Below, piece by piece: positions 50,560-54,719 of a stretch of DNA of 54,719 bases; the first letter of the stretch is position 1, and the number at the start of each line of letters is the position of its first letter. The stretch comes from Chiloscyllium plagiosum (Eukaryota), in assembly GCF_004010195.1 (NCBI RefSeq), contig NC_057717.1:73797145-73851863 (forward strand), read 5' to 3'. The notes under the pieces were generated by a model. It was given only the letters and a program-made list of their open reading frames with translations, was not told where the DNA came from and did not search any database. The position numbers and the translations under genes were made by a program.

Positions 50560-52830
50560 AGCCTCTCTGACCAATAGGTGAACAAGGCAACAAGGGGCGA
50601 GGTGATACTGGATTTTTTTACTGGTTAATGAACCTGGCTAGGGGTTATATTTCGAGGTAAGTTAGCAAATTGGTCAAAGTGACCATAACTCGGTTATGCT
50701 AACTTTTGCAATGGATAGAGACAGGCTGTGCAAAAGGTATTGCTGGTGGAAAGGCAATTATGATGCGATTAGGCACTATTTAGGATGCATCGGATGGGGA
50801 AGGAAACAATAGAGGATGGACAAAAGTGAAACTTGGAGTTTTTTTAAGAAGCAGCTCCTGCATATCCTCAAAATCTATGTAAATGTCAGGCAACGTGGAA
50901 ATGGCCGTGTGAGTGAGCCATGGTTTACTAAAGAAGATGAATCTCTTGTCAAGCGGGAGAAGAAGGCTTTATGTTAGGATGAAAAGTGAAGGTTCAGTTA
51001 GGGCGCTTCAGAGTTACACGTTATCAAGGAAATACTTAAAAAGAGAGTTAAGAAGAGTCAGGAAATGATATGAGAAGTCGTTGGCAAATGGGATCACGAA
51101 CAAACGCTTTCTACAGGTAAAGCTAAAATAAAAGAACGACTAGAGAAAGATTAGGGCCAATCAAGTATCGTAGAAAGTTGCGGATGGAATCCGAGTAGAT
51201 AGGTGAAGCGTTAAATGAAAGATTTTTAGCAGTATTCACACGGGAAAAAGACAATGCTGTTGAGAAAAATACTGAGACACAGACTACTAGAATCGACAGG
51301 ATTGAGACTCACAAGGTGGATATGTTAACAATCCTGGAAAGTGTGAAAAGAGAGAAATCTCCTTGGCTGAAGGGGATTTATTGTCGTTTCTCTCAGAAGC
51401 CAGAGAGGAAATTTCGGAGTCTTTGGCTTTGATCTTTATGTTGCCATTGTCTACAGGAATAGAGCACGAAAACTGGAGGATAACTAATGTTGTCCCCTTG
51501 TTCAAGGAGGGGAGCAGAGACAATCCTGGTAATTATAGACAAGTGAGCCTTACTTCGGTTGTGGGTAAAGTGTTGGAAAAGGGTATAAGAGATAGGATTT
51601 ATAATCAACTAGAGAGGAATGAGTTGATGAGAGATAGTCAGCACGGTTTTGTGAAGGGTAGGTCGTGCCTCACATGCCTCGCTGAGTTATTTGAAAGGTA
51701 ACACGTGGATGAGGGTAACGCAGTTGACGTGGTGCATATAGATTTCAGTAATGTGTTTGATAAGGTTCCCCATGGTAGGCGCTTCCACAAAATACGGAGG
51801 TTTGGGTTTGAGGCTGATTTCACGGTTTGGATCTGCAATTGGATAACTGAAAGATGCAGGTGGTTGCTGGGAAATGTTCATCCTGGAGTTCAGTTACTGG
51901 TGGTCTACCGCAAGGATCTGTTTTGAGGCCACTGCTGTTTGTGATTTTATAAATGACCTAAATGAGGGCGTAGAAGGATGGGTTAGTAAGTTTGCGAATA
52001 AAACTAAGGTCAGAGGAGTTGTAGACAGAGTTGAAGGATGGTGCAGGGACATAGATTTCCTGCAGAGCTGGGCTGAGAGGTGACAAATGGAGTGTAATGC
52101 GTAAAAGTGTGAGGTGATTCACTTGGAAGGAGTAACAGGAATGCAGTTTAATGGGTTAATGGTAAGATTCTTGGTCGTGCAGAAGAGCAGAGAGATCTCA
52201 GTGTTAATGTAAATAGATCCCTGAGGTTGATAGGATCAGGCATAACGTGTATTAAATTTATTAGTAGAAGGATTCAGTTTTGGAGTCACGAGGGCATGCT
52301 GCAGATATACAAAACTCTGGTGCGGCCGCATTTGGAGTATTGCATACATTTCTAGTGACCGCACTAGAGGAAGAATGTGGAATCTTTGGAAAGTGGAGAT
52401 TTACGAGGATGTTGCCTATTATGGAGAGAAGGCCTTATGAGAAAAGGCTGAGAGATTTAACGCTGTTTTCGTTAGAGAGAAGGTTGAGAGGAGATTTAAT
52501 TGAGACATATAAGATAATCGAAGGGTGATATACGGCGGACAATGAGAGCCTTTTCCCTCGGATGGTGATTGCTAGCAGGAGAGGCGTAGCATAAAATTGA
52601 GGGGAGTTAGATATAGGTCGGATTCAGAGGTAGTAGAATGCACTGCCTGCAACAGTACTGGACTCGTCAACTTTAAAGGCATCAAATTGGTCATTAGGTA
52701 AACTTATGGAATATGATAATGTAAATGTAAATAGAAAAAGGTGGATAGGCTTCCGATTGGCTCCACAGGTCGTCACAACATCGTGTGCCGAAGGTGCTGT
52801 ACTGTAATTTTCTATGTTCTATGCTCCATG
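50560..52830 (+). mobile_element. CR1 ORF2 fragment with 3' end
   Basis: DNPGNYRQVSLTSVVGKVLE..QHGFVKGRSCLT, DFSNVFDKVPHG and RRLRGDLIETYKII; ttctatgttctatg tail. Confidence 0.92.
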
Positions 52831-54088
52831 TAATATACAAATACAGTTTCATTTTTTTTTTAAAAAAGTAGTCTCACGTCCTTAGCGAATTTTAATATGC
52901 ATACATTGACTGTAAACATGCAAACATTTGATACTTCAGTCCATTACAGTTAGTTTTTTTTTTCCCGCACCAGCAAACGCCTCTGTCTTCTTTAATCAAA
53001 GTCATGGCAATGAATCAAAAAGTATCTTCCCTCGTTCTGCCATGTGTGCAGCTTTCAAATTGAATGACGGCGAAAATAGGTTTCATGCAAATAGTATGGA
53101 AATTAAACCCTTTTTCTTCCCAAAAGCACTCAAGTGGTTATGTCTAGTGTATATAATTGTCTCAGACACACTACTAGCATAATAAATGTTGACAAATTAC
53201 AATGACATTACCAAGCACAAAGATTTCTTCCCAATCATGGAATGTCGATGATGATTAAATTTTCTGTGCAAATTACCCAGTAGGTCTTCCAATATTCTCA
53301 TTGTCATCTTGCAAGAGTAGAACACCGAAAGCATCATGACTCACAATGACTGACACTTTGAATGGCTTTACCTAATTAAGTACAGCTTACATTGGCACAG
53401 CGTTCAGACTGTCAAATGCATGCTGATATTTCTCTTTCCACTAAAACTTTCTGTCCTTGTTGAAATAGTCAGGCAGTAAAGCAAACCACAATGCTATAAT
53501 TCAGTACAAAGCTCTACTTTAAAAAAAAATACTCAATCCCAGCTATTTTTGGCACTTCCCATGGTACAGTAAACTTTGAAATAACTTTCCTTTCACAACC
53601 TGAGGAGACATTTGTCCGCGTTTTTATGGAGCAGAGCAAACTTCTCGAACTATTTTAATAACGTAGCCTAGACCCTTTCATTTCCTTATTTCATAGATAA
53701 ATGTGAAATGCATATGATAAGATTGGTCTAACTATTCGACGTTAAGCAGAACTTAATTCATTCAAATGTTGTAATTTAACTACAATCAAAAGTAAGAAGA
53801 ATTTAGAATATATCAACTACTGCAAAAGTTAACCGAAGAATATATACAGCAATTCTAACTAATTGATTGTTCCAATTCAGTAACATCCCGTAAACACAGC
53901 ACTTGGCAAAGTGGTAAATTCAGACACCGATTCTTGCATGCAGTTCTCCAATCCAGGCGAAACCAGCATCAACAGGGGTTTCAAAGAAAGTAGCAGTTCA
54001 GAATCCTGGGTCCCCAAAGAGCTTCTGACGATGACAGCAAATGAAACTAGAAAGCCTGGTTTATGAGAATTGTCCTTACCCCATTGGA

Positions 54089-54250
54089 CAAAAGTCCTTC
54101 ATCAGGAATGAGGCCACATTCGTGATGAAGGGCTTTTGACTGAAACGTTGATTTGCCTGATCCTTGGATGCTGCCTGACCTGCTTTGCTTTTCCAGCACC
54201 ACTCTAATTTTGACACTAATTTCCAGCATCTGCAGTGTCCACCTCCACCT
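54089..54250 (+). repeat. Penelope-derived terminal repeat with an inverted stub and hammerhead-like relic
   Basis: caaaagtccttcatcaggaatg and cattcgtgatgaagggcttttg form an inverted pair (20/22), followed by actgaaacgttg...gctgcctgacctgct..ttttccagcacc. Confidence 0.6.
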
Positions 54251-54327
54251 CTGCCTTTACAACTTCTCTTCTAAAAGTCCCAGGAGAAAATAAACTTTTA
54301 AATGTTATTTAAATAACCTTTTAAATA

Positions 54328-54719
54328 ACCACCGATACTCCTGCCGACTTCGTCTGCAGGAAATGCAGTCAGATCCTGATCCTCACCGAACGACTTAGGG
54401 AACTGGAACTGGAGTTGGATGAACTGAGGATTATTCGAGAGGCTGAGAGGGTGATTGATAGAAGCTACAGGGACATAGTTACGCCGGAGAACAGAGGTAG
54501 CTGGGTAACAGTTAGAGGTGGGAAGGGGAAGAAGCAGGCAGTGCAGGGTTCCCCTGTGGTCGTTCCCCTAAAAAATAAATATACAGCTTTGGAAACTGTT
54601 GGGGGGGACAGCGTTGCAGGTGTAAGCTGCAGTGAAGGGGTCTGTGCCCCTGAGACCCAGAAGGGAAAGGGGGAGAGGAGGAGAGCGCTAGTTATAGGAG
54701 ACTCTATAGTTAGAGGGAC
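54328..54719 (+). mobile_element. Young CR1 ORF1 (zinc finger/coiled coil/SGNH esterase), 5'-truncated, running off the window end
   Basis: Open frame TDTPADFVCRKCSQ..LRELELELDELRIIREAE...VPLKNKYTALET...RALVIGDSIVRG with no stops over about 130 codons. Confidence 0.88.

Noticed and set aside
1-54719. Remaining short ORFs in the six-frame track; CRISPR or prokaryotic systems
   Set aside because: They are TE fragments, their antisense frames or chance ORFs. The DNA is eukaryotic and shows no repeat-spacer array.

Overview
Repeat-rich vertebrate genomic DNA, most likely from a shark. This rests on CR1 LINEs, HE1-like tRNA-derived SINEs and Penelope-like fragments; an orectolobiform/bamboo-shark origin is only an inference. 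Most of the window is decayed transposable elements. Among them lies one multi-exon host gene on the + strand, only two exons of which appear in the ORF track. I reconstructed it from GT-AG splice sites and compatible exon phases: germline-joined VJ-type Ig exon (26673-27011), C1-set Ig exon (30558-30860), stalk/TM exon (33997-34107), cytoplasmic exon (36410-36465) and terminal exon (46889-46933). The spliced frame is open for about 284 aa; the leader exon is unresolved. It encodes an antigen-receptor-like but non-rearranging VJ-C1-TM receptor with no RSS, no charged TM residue, a TVYAHL ITIM/ITSM-like motif and a C-terminal DSTV PDZ-ligand-like end. Also present: a decayed Gmr1-like Gypsy LTR element with SCAN-like gag and integrase-before-RT order (4094-9043), hammerhead-ribozyme relics in Penelope-derived repeats, nested insertions, two local tandem duplications, and young CR1 pieces at both window ends. 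TE boundaries are approximate.
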